The position numbers and the translations under genes are program-made. Under the pieces are notes generated by a model. It was not told the DNA's origin and searched no databases. It worked only from the letters and a program-made list of their open reading frames with translations. A stretch of 64,000 nt of DNA from Octopus vulgaris (Eukaryota), in NCBI GenBank assembly GCA_951406725.2, contig OX597828.1:33914001-33978000 (forward strand), given 5' to 3'. Below are positions 52,201 to 64,000 of this stretch, piece after piece; positions within the stretch are counted from its first letter, which is position 1; the number at the start of each line of letters is the position of its first letter.

Positions 52201-53622
52201 CTCAATGTCCGCGGCTACGAGACAACAGTGAGCGCTATGGCGACCAGAGCTCGCTCTGGGCGCCATTGGGCTCAATGTCCGCGGCTACGAGACAACAGTG
52301 AGCGCTATGGCGACCAGAGCTCGCTCTGGGCGCCATTGGGCTCAATGTCCGCGGCTACGAGACAACAGTGAGCGCTATGGCGACCAGAGCTCGCTCTGGG
52401 CGCCATTGGGCTCAATGTCCGCGGCTACGAGACAACAGTGAGCGCTATGGCGACCAGAGCTCGCTCTGGGCGCCATTGGGCTCAATGTCCGCGGCTACGA
52501 GACAACAGTGAGCGCTATGGCGACCAGAGCTCGCTCTGGGCGCCATTGGGCTCAATGTCCGCGGCTACGAGACAACAGTGAGCGCTATGGCGACCAGAGC
52601 TCGCTCTGGGCGCCATTGGGCTCAATGTCCGCGGCTACGAGACAACAGTGAGCGCTATGGCGACCAGAGCTCGCTCTGGGCGCCATTGGGCTCAATGTCC
52701 GCGGCTACGAGACAACAGTGAGCGCTATGGCGACCAGAGCTCGCTCTGGGCGCCATTGGGCTCAATGTCCGCGGCTACGAGACAACAGTGAGCGCTATGG
52801 CGACCAGAGCTCGCTCTGGGCGCCATTGGGCTCAATGTCCGCGGCTACGAGACAACAGTGAGCGCTATGGCGACCAGAGCTCGCTCTGGGCGCCATTGGG
52901 CTCAATGTCCGCGGCTACGAGACAACAGTGAGCGCTATGGCGACCAGAGCTCGCTCTGGGCGCCATTGGGCTCAATGTCCGCGGCTACGAGACAACAGTG
53001 AGCGCTATGGCGACCAGAGCTCGCTCTGGGCGCCATTGGGCTCAATGTCCGCGGCTACGAGACAACAGTGAGCGCTATGGCGACCAGAGCTCGCTCTGGG
53101 CGCCATTGGGCTCAATGTCCGCGGCTACGAGACAACAGTGAGCGCTATGGCGACCAGAGCTCGCTCTGGGCGCCATTGGGCTCAATGTCCGCGGCTACGA
53201 GACAACAGTGAGCGCTATGGCGACCAGAGCTCGCTCTGGGCGCCATTGGGCTCAATGTCCGCGGCTACGAGACAACAGTGAGCGCTATGGCGACCAGAGC
53301 GCTCTGGGCGCCATTGGGCTCAATGTCCGCGGCTACGAGGCAACAGTGAGCGCTATGGGACCAGATGCCGCTCGGGCTACCATTGGCAACAGTGAGCGGC
53401 TACGGCAACAGGAGAGCTGACGAGCTGCCGGCGCCATTGGGCTCAATGTCCGCGGCTACGAGACAACAGTGAGCGCTATGGCGACCAGAGCTCGCTCTGG
53501 GCGCCATTGGGCTCAATGTCCGCGGCTACGAGACAACAGTGAGCGCTATGGCGACCAGAGCTCGCTCTGGGCGCCATTGGGCTCAATGTCCGCGGCTACG
53601 AGACAACAGTGAGCGCTATGGC
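49258..53622. repeat. GC-rich 70-bp satellite, ~62 copies, palindromic monomer
   Basis: CAGAGCTCGCTCTGGGCGCCATTGGGCTCA(C/A)TGTCCGCGGCTACGAG(G/A)CAACAG(C/T)GAGCGCTATGGCGAC; 47/70 GC in the left variant. Confidence 0.98.
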
Positions 53623-53647
53623 TCTGATCTGCACTGTAACGGTGGCA

Positions 53648-54596
<949 letters not shown>

Positions 54597-55273
54597 AATT
54601 TAATTCATAGAGAACTATAGCGTGAAGGCAGAATATAAAAAACAAACAACTCTTCCTCAGATGTTGGCAATTTCACTTGCTCCGTATTGCAACAAGATGT
54701 GTCTTCGTCAAAGCAATTGCTCCCCCAAACCAAATTAGATAAAATTTGAGATACGTGGAACGTCAAAGCTGCTAACAAAATCAGGACAGTCAAAATTTTC
54801 GCTAAGGGCTGTTTAACCCTAACGAGATGACGTGGTGAACGCTGGAGAAAGAAAGCTTTGTCAAGAGGCAGACGGAGTGCATGAAGGAAAAGAAAAAGAA
54901 ATAGATCTATAGTTATTGAGGACAGAATTTCTGTTAGAAATAGAGAACTATGAACATTGAATTATGCATAAAGCGCTGACTTACATTCGGGGCTTCCAAT
55001 TTCTCTGTAAAATATAAGATAGTCGCAAAATCATCGCACATGTCACCATCGATTACAAACGCCGGTGGAAGATAAACGTTCCAGAGGACATTCTTGTTCT
55101 TTCGTTCGTACAAGGATCGTATTATGTTTCGGCTTAAAATAAATTATAGATACAAATATAATGTATAGAAATATATAAAAACCAGAATAGAAAATAAACG
55201 TCTTAGGCATATAAAATGAGATATCAAGGTGTTATAAACTTGAAACTTACTAGAATATCATAGATTATATATA

Positions 55274-57817
55274 TCAAGTCATCCAGTCAGTTCTGTCCAA
55301 TTTTACCTGTTTTTTAGAGTTGAATGAAATTTAATAGTATTTGCAAATGTCTAATTCAATTAAAAATTATTTTTATGCATTTGTGTACGTTTAAACTAAT
55401 TCAATATTGTTTTACAAAATAATAGACGGTGTCCACAAAGTCTGCGTACATGGGAATTAACACATACTTTTAAAACAAAACAATTTTATTTAATTATAAT
55501 AAATAATATTTTCAAAGTGATTTCCATCATTTTCAATGCATAACTTGATGCGCCTTGCAAAATTCAGGTGAACTTGATTAAATAAGTCTACATTGCCATC
55601 AATTTAAGCACACTGACTGGTAATGCGTTCTCTCATGTGTTTTAAATCTGTAATCTTTATTGAGTAAACTTTCTCTTTCAACATACCCCAGAAAAAGAAA
55701 TCAAGGGGAGAAAGGTCTGGTGAACGAGGGGACCATTCCATATGACCCCTTCTTCCAATCTAGTGAGGAGGAAAAGTGTCATTAAATCAATCTCTAACAG
55801 TTGTGGCAAAATGGGTAGGGGCCCCATCCTGCTGAAACCAATTCGGAAGGTCCTCGCCTAGGCGCTCAATTTAAGATATTAATTTGTCTCTCAATATATT
55901 TGCATAAGTCTCATCCGTTACATGTTCAATGAAGAAGGGTCCTAGAACATGAGCTTTCCAAAAACCACACCACACCATCACCTTTTTGCTGTCTTGCTGT
56001 TTGGATAGATCCATCCAATGTGGATTACCTCGAGACCAGTATAGAAGATTCTGTCTGTTGACCTCACCATTTACATAAAACGTAGCTTTGTCACTGAACA
56101 ACACAAAGTTTTTCGTAAAATTGATATTTTCATCCAATTTATTCGTCTATCAGGATCGTCTTAATTTAAGTGATGCAATATCTGTAGGTTGTATCGATGA
56201 AACTTTTCCTCAACCAGCATTTTGTGGATGGTTGGTTTTGGAACACCTAACACCGTAGATGTCCGACGAAGTGATTTTGGGGGCTAGCTAGCAGAAACTT
56301 TAGCCTCGACAGCCTCTTTAGTTTCATCTGAAGTCTTTGGTCGCCCGGAACGGGGTTTATCCGAAACACTGCCTGTTTCTTTAAATTTCTTGATCAATTT
56401 CCTGACGGCAGTAAAATAAATAGGTTGCCTACAAGGGTGTGGAAGATTAAATTCTTCCGCAATTTTGCGATAAGACCATCCCTCTCGTCCACTTAATAAT
56501 ACTAACTCGATTCTTTCTTCTTTAGACAGATTCATCATTCGATCTGGGATTCTTTCTTCTTTAGACAGAGCCATCATTCGATCATCTGTAGAAAAAATAA
56601 CAAATAAATTTAGAAAAGTAAAGTATTTTTTTTATTTAATTTAAACAAAAGTAAAAAAGGAAAATTATTATTTCTTATGTTATGATTTTATTCCATAAAC
56701 CCAGACTTCGTGGACACCCTAAAATTGCTTTGATTAAAACCCTTTCAACATGGAAGTATCCAAGGAGCATTTAAGGCACATATAATTCTTTATGAGTACA
56801 ATAAAGGTAACTCTGATGCCGAAGTGACTCGAAACATACACTCAGTTTATAGCAAAGTGCTCGAATGAAAGAACTTGCAGGAGATCGTCTGCAAAATTGA
56901 AGATGAATATCGAACAGGATGTCCAGTTGAGTTTGACAAGCTCCTTGAGGCATTACTTGAAGAAAATCCGTCATTATCAGTTGAAGAATTGACAATAAAG
57001 CTTACTTCAAACCATACAACAGTTCATCGTCATCAACAACGTGGAAAGGTTCCTAAACTTGGAAAATAGGTGCCTTATGTATTGTCCGAAAGCAACCGCA
57101 AATCCCGAGTTGGCATCTGCTCTTCTCTCCATTCTCGCAAACTCATTTCACCCTTTTTCGATAGACTTGTGATGAAAAATGGATTTTCTATCGAAATGTT
57201 AGACGTCGTAAACAGTGGCTTGGTAAAAGGGAAAATTCTCAACCACAACCGAGAAGGGAACTTCATGGGAAAAAGGTTCTACTCTCTATCTGGTGCGATT
57301 GCAAAGGCGTAATTCACTTTATATTGTTACCACCTAATGCAACAATCAATGCTCAAGTCTACTGTCAGCAATTAGAGCGTTTGAACCAAGCTTTGAAGGA
57401 AAAAAGAGCCGCTTTAGTGAGTCGAAAACGAGTGATGTTTCATCAGGACAATGCGCAACCCCACACTGCAAAGATCACATCACAGAAGATCGAAGGGGTC
57501 GGTTTGGAAAATTTCTTCATCCAACTTATTCTCCCGACCTTACTCCTTCAGGATACCATTTGTTTCATAGTTTACAGAATTAGTAGGGGGATACAACTTT
57601 CGCAAGCCAGGGGGAGGTCGAACCTGACATTTCAGAGTTCTTCGCTTTCAAACCAAAAGAGTTTTACGTTGATGGGATTAAAAAGCTTGTAAATAGATGG
57701 AGGTAAGTCATAGATAATTAGGGAAAGTACATTGATGATTAACTTTCAATTAAATATAACATTTGATCACTTGTATTCTTTATCCAAAATTCAGACAGAA
57801 CTTATGGGATGACCTGA
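55274..57817 (+). mobile_element. Decayed mariner element, interrupted in its 5' region by a DD41D element
   Basis: TIRs TCAAGTCATCC..AGTTCTGTC / GACAGAACTTATGGGATGACCTGA; pseudo-transposase from ~56750 (MEVSKEHLRH, *VPYVL, FHQDNAQPH, YSPDLTPS). Confidence 0.85.
55425..56721 (-). mobile_element. Decayed Tc1/mariner DD41D (rosa-like) element
   Basis: TIRs GGTGTCCAC(A/G)AAGTCTG; HTH with KFKETGSV..KPRSGRP; FSDKATF; FQQDGAP to SPDLSPLD with 41 codons between the second and third D; internal stops. Confidence 0.88.
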
Positions 57818-58217
57818 GATATATACACTGGCGAAAATATATTTAAGACAGACGATAAAAGTTCTATTTCTTACAAAATATTTTGTTACTAACACCATAC
57901 AAATTATTTTTTATCTTTTACACCTTATGCAAAATTTATTTCGCTTTCGAATGATGCAGACAATAACCATTTTTATACTACTTGAAGAATTCTAATGCTA
58001 AATATAATTTTAATGGAGATAACCTGCAGTATATAGTACAACATTTTTGTCTCCGTATATGAGCTAAGTATTAATAAAATGTGGTATACGATAAAAATTT
58101 CGGATATTTGTCTTAAAACATTCAGACAAGAAAATTCAGATGTAGCACATGAGGTATTATTCCATACGAATATCCACATATTTATATTAAGAATTTCATG
58201 ATAAAAATATAGAAATA

Positions 58218-58700
58218 TTGGGTTGTCCGGAAAGTTCTTGCAGATTTATAGTAGCTTATCTTTCGACTTATTTTAGAACATGTTTGAGTCCATAAAATAG
58301 GATTTGACTACACCTCCATTTGGAGCACAGTTTAATCTATCTTTTCGTGGAAGAAGGTTTATGTTCCAATAACCTGTGTTAATTCTGTAAACCTTTAAAT
58401 TAAAAGATGAGAAAAATTCATTATCGGCATTTGATGCTTTGGGAACCAGACAAAAATTGCTGCAGCTTGGCTGGGGTGACTTACCCCACCCTCCATATTC
58501 ACCAGATATTACTCCTTCGGATTTCCACTTATTCAGGTCTCTGCAGAATAGTCTTAATGGTGAAAATTTCAATTCCTTAGATGACGTAAAAAGATACCTT
58601 GATGAATTATTTGCCTTGAAACCACCCCAATTCTGGGAAGAGTATTTAGTGACCATGTACTTTCCTTTAAAAATCGGAACGAACTTTCCGGACAACCCAA
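58218..58700 (+). mobile_element. Internally deleted mariner
   Basis: TIRs TTGGGTTGTCCGGAAAGTTC, TA TSD; HPPYSPDITPSDFHLFRSLQN. Confidence 0.92.
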
Positions 58701-59473
58701 TATAAACATAACAATGAAATACAAATAAAAACATGAAAAATGAAAACCTAAATTGAAAGAGGCGATTAAATTTTTTTCCTAACCTGCAGCCGTTTGTTGT
58801 ACGAAGTATTCGAAATTCAGCCCTCCTTCCTCAGGGTTCCTTTCTCGAGGTAAAATCCAGCAGAAAGCAGTAAGGCACTACATGACAAGTATTCAGTTGG
58901 TGAAATATTTTATTACTACCCACAAGGGGCGAACATAGAGGATTGCCACGTTTAAATAAGAAATGAAATCATTTAGTTAATCATGCAATTTTGGGAATAT
59001 TCCATTTTTTACTGATATATACTACAATAACAAAGAAATTATTTAAGATTTTAGATTTATGCATAAGTATTCTTATGGTTCCAAAACGCATGGTTCTCAG
59101 TTCAGTCCCACTGTGTGGTAACTTGGCATGTGTCTTCTACTATAGCCTGAGACCAACCAAAGCCTTGTCAGTGGATTTTGTAGACAGAAACTGAAAGAAA
59201 TCAATCGTATATATATGTATGTATGTATGTATGTAAGTCTGTGTATGTGTCTTTGTGTTTCTCCCTCATCACTGCTTCACAACTGGTGTTCGTTTATTTA
59301 CATCCCCATAACATACTGGTTTCACAAGAAGAAACTGATAGAATAAGTACCAGGCTTATCAAAATTTAAAAAAGCTCTACGCAGTGTCTCACATTTTTGT
59401 TTGCCCACTCAGTTGTATCTATCAATTTATCTTTGTGTGTGTGTGTGTGTGTGTGTACATACATATATATATG

Positions 59474-59534
<61 letters not shown>

Positions 59535-59602
59535 ATTTCGTGGACAGGAACTGAAACAAATCAATCGTATATATATGTATGTATATATGTAAGTGTATGT
59601 GT

Positions 59603-62310
59603 TTTAGTATTGGCAACATGAATGACAATAGCCAGAGACTACTTGAATTTTGCACATACCATAACCTGTGCATCACCAACACATTCTTTCCCAACAAGAC
59701 ATCCCACAAGGCATCTTGGAGACATCCAAGATCTCACCACTGGCATCAGTTGGATCTCATCATTACACGAAGATCCTTTCTGAATTCTGTTCAACTGACC
59801 CGTAGCGCGGATTGTGAGACAGATCATTCACTAATAAGAAGGGTGAGGATTCTGCCTAAAAAGTCCATCACTCCAAGAAAATTAGCCAACCACGCATTAA
59901 CACTGCCAGAACCTCGAACCCTACACTGCGACAATGTTTTGCTGTTTTTATCAAGGTTGCCCTCAGTAGCTGCCCAACCTCCTCTGCTGAAAGTAGGTGG
60001 AATTATATCAGGGAAGCTTTGTATACCACATCAATAGATACTTTCGGAATGAGAGAAAGGTAAAACCCAGATTTTGTTCAGTGCTGGGCTCTCAGAGCTG
60101 GAACCAGTTATCGAAGCAAAGCGTACAGCTCTGATGCAATACAAGAGTGGTTCTTCTACAAAGTCACACGAAGAACTCAGAAAGGCAAGAAATAAAACCC
60201 AACTGACTGCCAGACGCTATGCAAATGGGTATTGAAAGGAAATCTGTCAGAGTATCCAGTCAGCTGCTGACAGTGGCGACACCCGTGGGATGTATGCCGG
60301 TTTGAAGAAGGCCCTCGGTCCATCCGCAAATACCTCAGCCCCTCTGAAATCAACTACTGGAGATCTCATCAGGGACCAAAGCAAGCAAATGGATAGATGG
60401 ATGGAGTACTACCAGGATCTCTACTCACGAGAGACCACGGTAGCTGAGGCTGCAATCGAGGGTGTCAAGATCTTGCCAGTCATGTGTGAACTTGACAGTC
60501 TGCCATCTATAGCAGAGCTCACCAAATCTATTGACTCCCTAGCAAGTAACAAGGCTCCGGGAAAAGACGGCATCCCCTTAGAGATCATCAAAACCGGCAA
60601 AAACACCATCCTGCTTCGGCACATTCATGAGCTTCTGTGTCAGTGCAGGTAAGAGGGTACAGTCCCTCAGAATATGCGGGATGCTAACATCATTACGCTT
60701 TACAAAAATAAAAGTGACCGTGATGATTGTAACAATTACCGTGGAATATCTCTTCTAAGCACAGTTGGAAAGGCCTCTGCTTGCATTATCCTGTCCAGGC
60801 TGCAACTAATTGCTTCTCGAATTTATCCAGAATCGCAGTGTGGCTTTAGAAGCAGATCAACTATTGACATGATATTCTCCATACGCCAACTTCAGAAGTC
60901 CAGAGAGCAGAACATGCCATTATATATGGCCTTCATTGATCTGACAAAGGGCTTTGACTTGGTAAGTAGAAAAGGCCTCTTCATCCTGCTCCAAAAAATC
61001 GGATGTCCACCAAAGCTGCTGAGGATCATCAAATCATTCCATGCTAATATGCAAGGCACCATACAGCACAATGGTTCAACATCACCGCCTTCCAAATAAA
61101 AAATGGGGTAGAGCAAGGTTGTGTCCTTGCTCCTACATTATTTGGCATCTTCTTCTCGCTGCTGCTGTCACATGCCTTTGAGACATCAGATGATGGAGTG
61201 TTTCTGCACAGTAGAAGTGATGGGGAACTGTTCAATCTCTCGCGTCTGCGTGCCAAGACCAAAATTTCAGAAGCATCCTGATCAAGGAGATGCTATTTGC
61301 TGATGATGCCGCTCTGGTATCACACACAGAAGAAGCCCTACGAAGGCACAGCAACTGTTTTGAGCAAGCATTTGGCAACTTTGGCTTAGTTATCAGCCTC
61401 AAGAAGACCAACATCATGGGTCAGGCTACATCGGACATCCCAAACATACATATTGGAGACCACAGAGTATAGGAGGTGGAGAAGTTTACCTATCTTGGCT
61501 CTACCGTCACCTACAACCTATCCCTTGATGCTGAGCTCAATATACGCATTGGCAAGGCAGCTGCTGTGATGGCCCAACTCACCAAACGCGCATGGGACAA
61601 CAATAAGCTGACCAAGACCACAAAAATGAAGATTTACCAGGCATGTGTACTTAGCACTCTACTGTATGACTTTGACGCCATACACACGCCATACGACGCC
61701 ATACGTCGCCTAAATATCTTTCACCTGCGCTGTCTCCGGAAAATCCATCGCATCAAATGGCAGAATCATGTCCCTAACAAAGATGTCCTCAAGCAAGCAG
61801 GAATACCAAGCATGTTTGCACTCTTCACACAAAGACGTATGAGATGGCTTGGACATGTTAGCCGTATGGAAGATGGCAGAATCCCCAAGGACATACTCAA
61901 CGGAGAGCTTGCTAGGGGCACTAGGTCTGTGGGAAGACCGTTCTTACGATACAAGGATGTTTGCAAAAGGGACATGAATGCCTGCAACATCAATATTACC
62001 AACTGGGAAGCAGTTGCCAGCAACCGTGGAGATTGGCGACGTACCGTGAAAGAGGGAACACAAAGGAGTGACATAGTGAGAAAGGAGAAATGGAAAGACA
62101 AGAAAAGACGTCAACAAGAAACTATGACATTACAACCAGTCAGGCAAAGTCTTCGCTACATTTACGGCACCTGCCAGAGGGAGTGTTTGTCCCGGCTAGG
62201 ACTACACAGCCACAGCAAGAGATGTATTAGGACATGAAATGTAAAAGCCGGACAAGATTATTTTATGCGCAACTCCATTGTCTCCCGAGACAAAAAGGAT
62301 GCCAACAACA
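59603..62310 (+). mobile_element. 5'-truncated RTE-clade LINE (APE end, RT, terminal Zn finger), pseudogenised
   Basis: SWRHPRSHHWHQLD, NYRGISLLS, PESQCGFR, FIDLTKGFD, QGCVLAPTLF, LFADDAAL, FTYLGS, RWLGHVSRM, CQRECLSRLGLHSHSKRC; (CAA)n tail; stops and frameshifts. Confidence 0.95.
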
Positions 62311-62603
62311 ATATATATGGATTTCGTAGACAGGAACTGTAACAAATAAATCGTATATATATGTATGTATATATGTAAGTGTATGTGTGTGTCTTTGTCT
62401 CTGTGTTTCGCCCTCATCACTGCTTCACAACTGCTGTTCACTTATTTACATCCACATAACTTACTGGTTTCACAAGAACAAACTAATAGAGTAAGTACTA
62501 GGCTTATCAACATAAAAAAGCACTAGGCTGTGTCTCATATTTTTGTTTGCTCACTCAGTTGTATCTATCAATTTATCTTTGTATGTGTGCATGTGTGTGT
62601 GTA

Positions 62604-62649
<46 letters not shown>

Positions 62650-62662
<13 letters not shown>

Positions 62663-63951
62663 CCCTAATGGGAGCCTTAAATCCCAAATTTTAGTAATTT
62701 CTTTTATGATCCAAAACTTGGTCAAAAGTACTGAATGGATCTTTATGAAATTTGGAAATTATATTCTATGCATAAGGGCCATAACACCCATGACAATTCA
62801 TATATTTTTGCTGTTGATGAAATTTTAACCATAGACATTAGACACAAATGAAGTAATATCTATAAAATTTCATCTTACAAAGTTAGAAAGACCCCTCCAT
62901 GGGGACTTAACAACTACAATTTTGTCATTTTATCTAAGCAAAAATGAATACAGTTGTGCTCTTGGAAGCTGTAGGGTTACCCGAGCATAAAAGATGAGCA
63001 TTATTTGTAATTCAATGGTACAACAGTGTAACAGTTTGCTTTGACATACACACTGCATAAATTGTCAAGTAAATGAGAGGCATCTTTGCCTCCACTGATT
63101 CAGTTGCAAAGTGTAGAGTAAAATTTATTTGATTGCAGACCTCCTTTCAGTCTTTTTATTATCACTCGGTCACACATAGTCCCCAGATGGTAACATTGAT
63201 TTCAAGGCCTTCCCAGATGAGTGACTGGTTATTCGAAGACATTTATAGATTTTAAATTTATTCTGTCCAGTTACGTATCAGTATAGTGGTCATTTGCAAA
63301 CTACAGAGGTGACACTTTCATTTCTCCTTAGCTCTCACGTCAAACAGTTGTTAATGTTGATTTCAGTTGGGTCACGCCCTTCCAATTGCTATAGATTTGT
63401 AATGCATCTTACGGCTGTGCCTGTCACCTGGATGGTGAGGAATCCTACATTAGGAGTGGTAACGACTAGGGTAGGGTAACTGACTGCTTATTGTGATCAT
63501 TCGTCTTTTGGTTTCCTGTAGCTTTGCTCTCTTTTACAAACCCAGTGAACATATATTTCCTATTTCAAAGAAATTCAAACAATAGATATAAGACCCAAGT
63601 TAAAAAGATTTTCAACAATTCAACTTCTCTGGTTGACATTAAGATGCCCACCCCCAACAGGGGCCTTAACTCTCACATTTTAGAGCTCCATGACCTTCAT
63701 TTTTCAGGAACAAAATCTTTTTAACAAGTTAAATAAGACTGGAATTTTGGAATATGCGCATAAAAATCAGGATTATGGGATACATGTGGCACGATTACAA
63801 TTTTTTAGGGTGTGTAAAGATTGAAATAACCCTCATCTGCAATTTTGATGAAATTCGAAACATAGATATTCCAGTTCATCACAGAAGATATAACAGAAAA
63901 GTCTAATTCTCCAATTGAATGTAATCGGGTAACGCCGGGTATCTCTGCTAG
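62650..63951 (+). mobile_element. Probable non-autonomous Helitron
   Basis: 3' end CGGGTAACGCCGGGTATCTCTGCTAG|T matches the other Helitron termini; 5' boundary assumed at the TA tract. Confidence 0.6.
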
Positions 63952-64000
63952 TTATATATAAATATAAAAAAGTAAAAGATATGCAATAAATATAAATATG

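Noticed and set aside
49258-53622. CRISPR array or HDV-like ribozyme array
   Set aside because: No unique spacers; HDV P1/P3/P1.1 topology could not be built on either strand.

Overview
Non-genic, repeat-saturated eukaryotic DNA. The SINE families, TA/TAA/TATG microsatellites and element mix suggest an octopod cephalopod (inferred, not proven). I can support no intact host gene; nearly all listed ORFs are translations of simple repeats or satellites. Contents: many tRNA-derived SINE copies; decayed non-LTR retrotransposons (RTE, R4/Dong-like, CRE-like, Tx1-like, CR1-like); Tc1/mariner elements, including a DD41D element nested in a mariner; hAT- and piggyBac-type MITEs; non-autonomous Helitron ends; a 100-N gap; a 6.5-kb AT-rich 29-bp satellite. 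Two signals stand out. (1) Six hammerhead-ribozyme motifs from four apparently unrelated sequence families lie between 14.4 and 25.3 kb, mostly in or beside fold-backs within TA/TAA tracts; one family is joined to a tRNA-like Pol III head (Penelope/retrozyme-like). (2) A ~62-copy, 67% GC, 70-bp satellite whose every monomer folds into a long hairpin starts just inside a Helitron-like 5' end.
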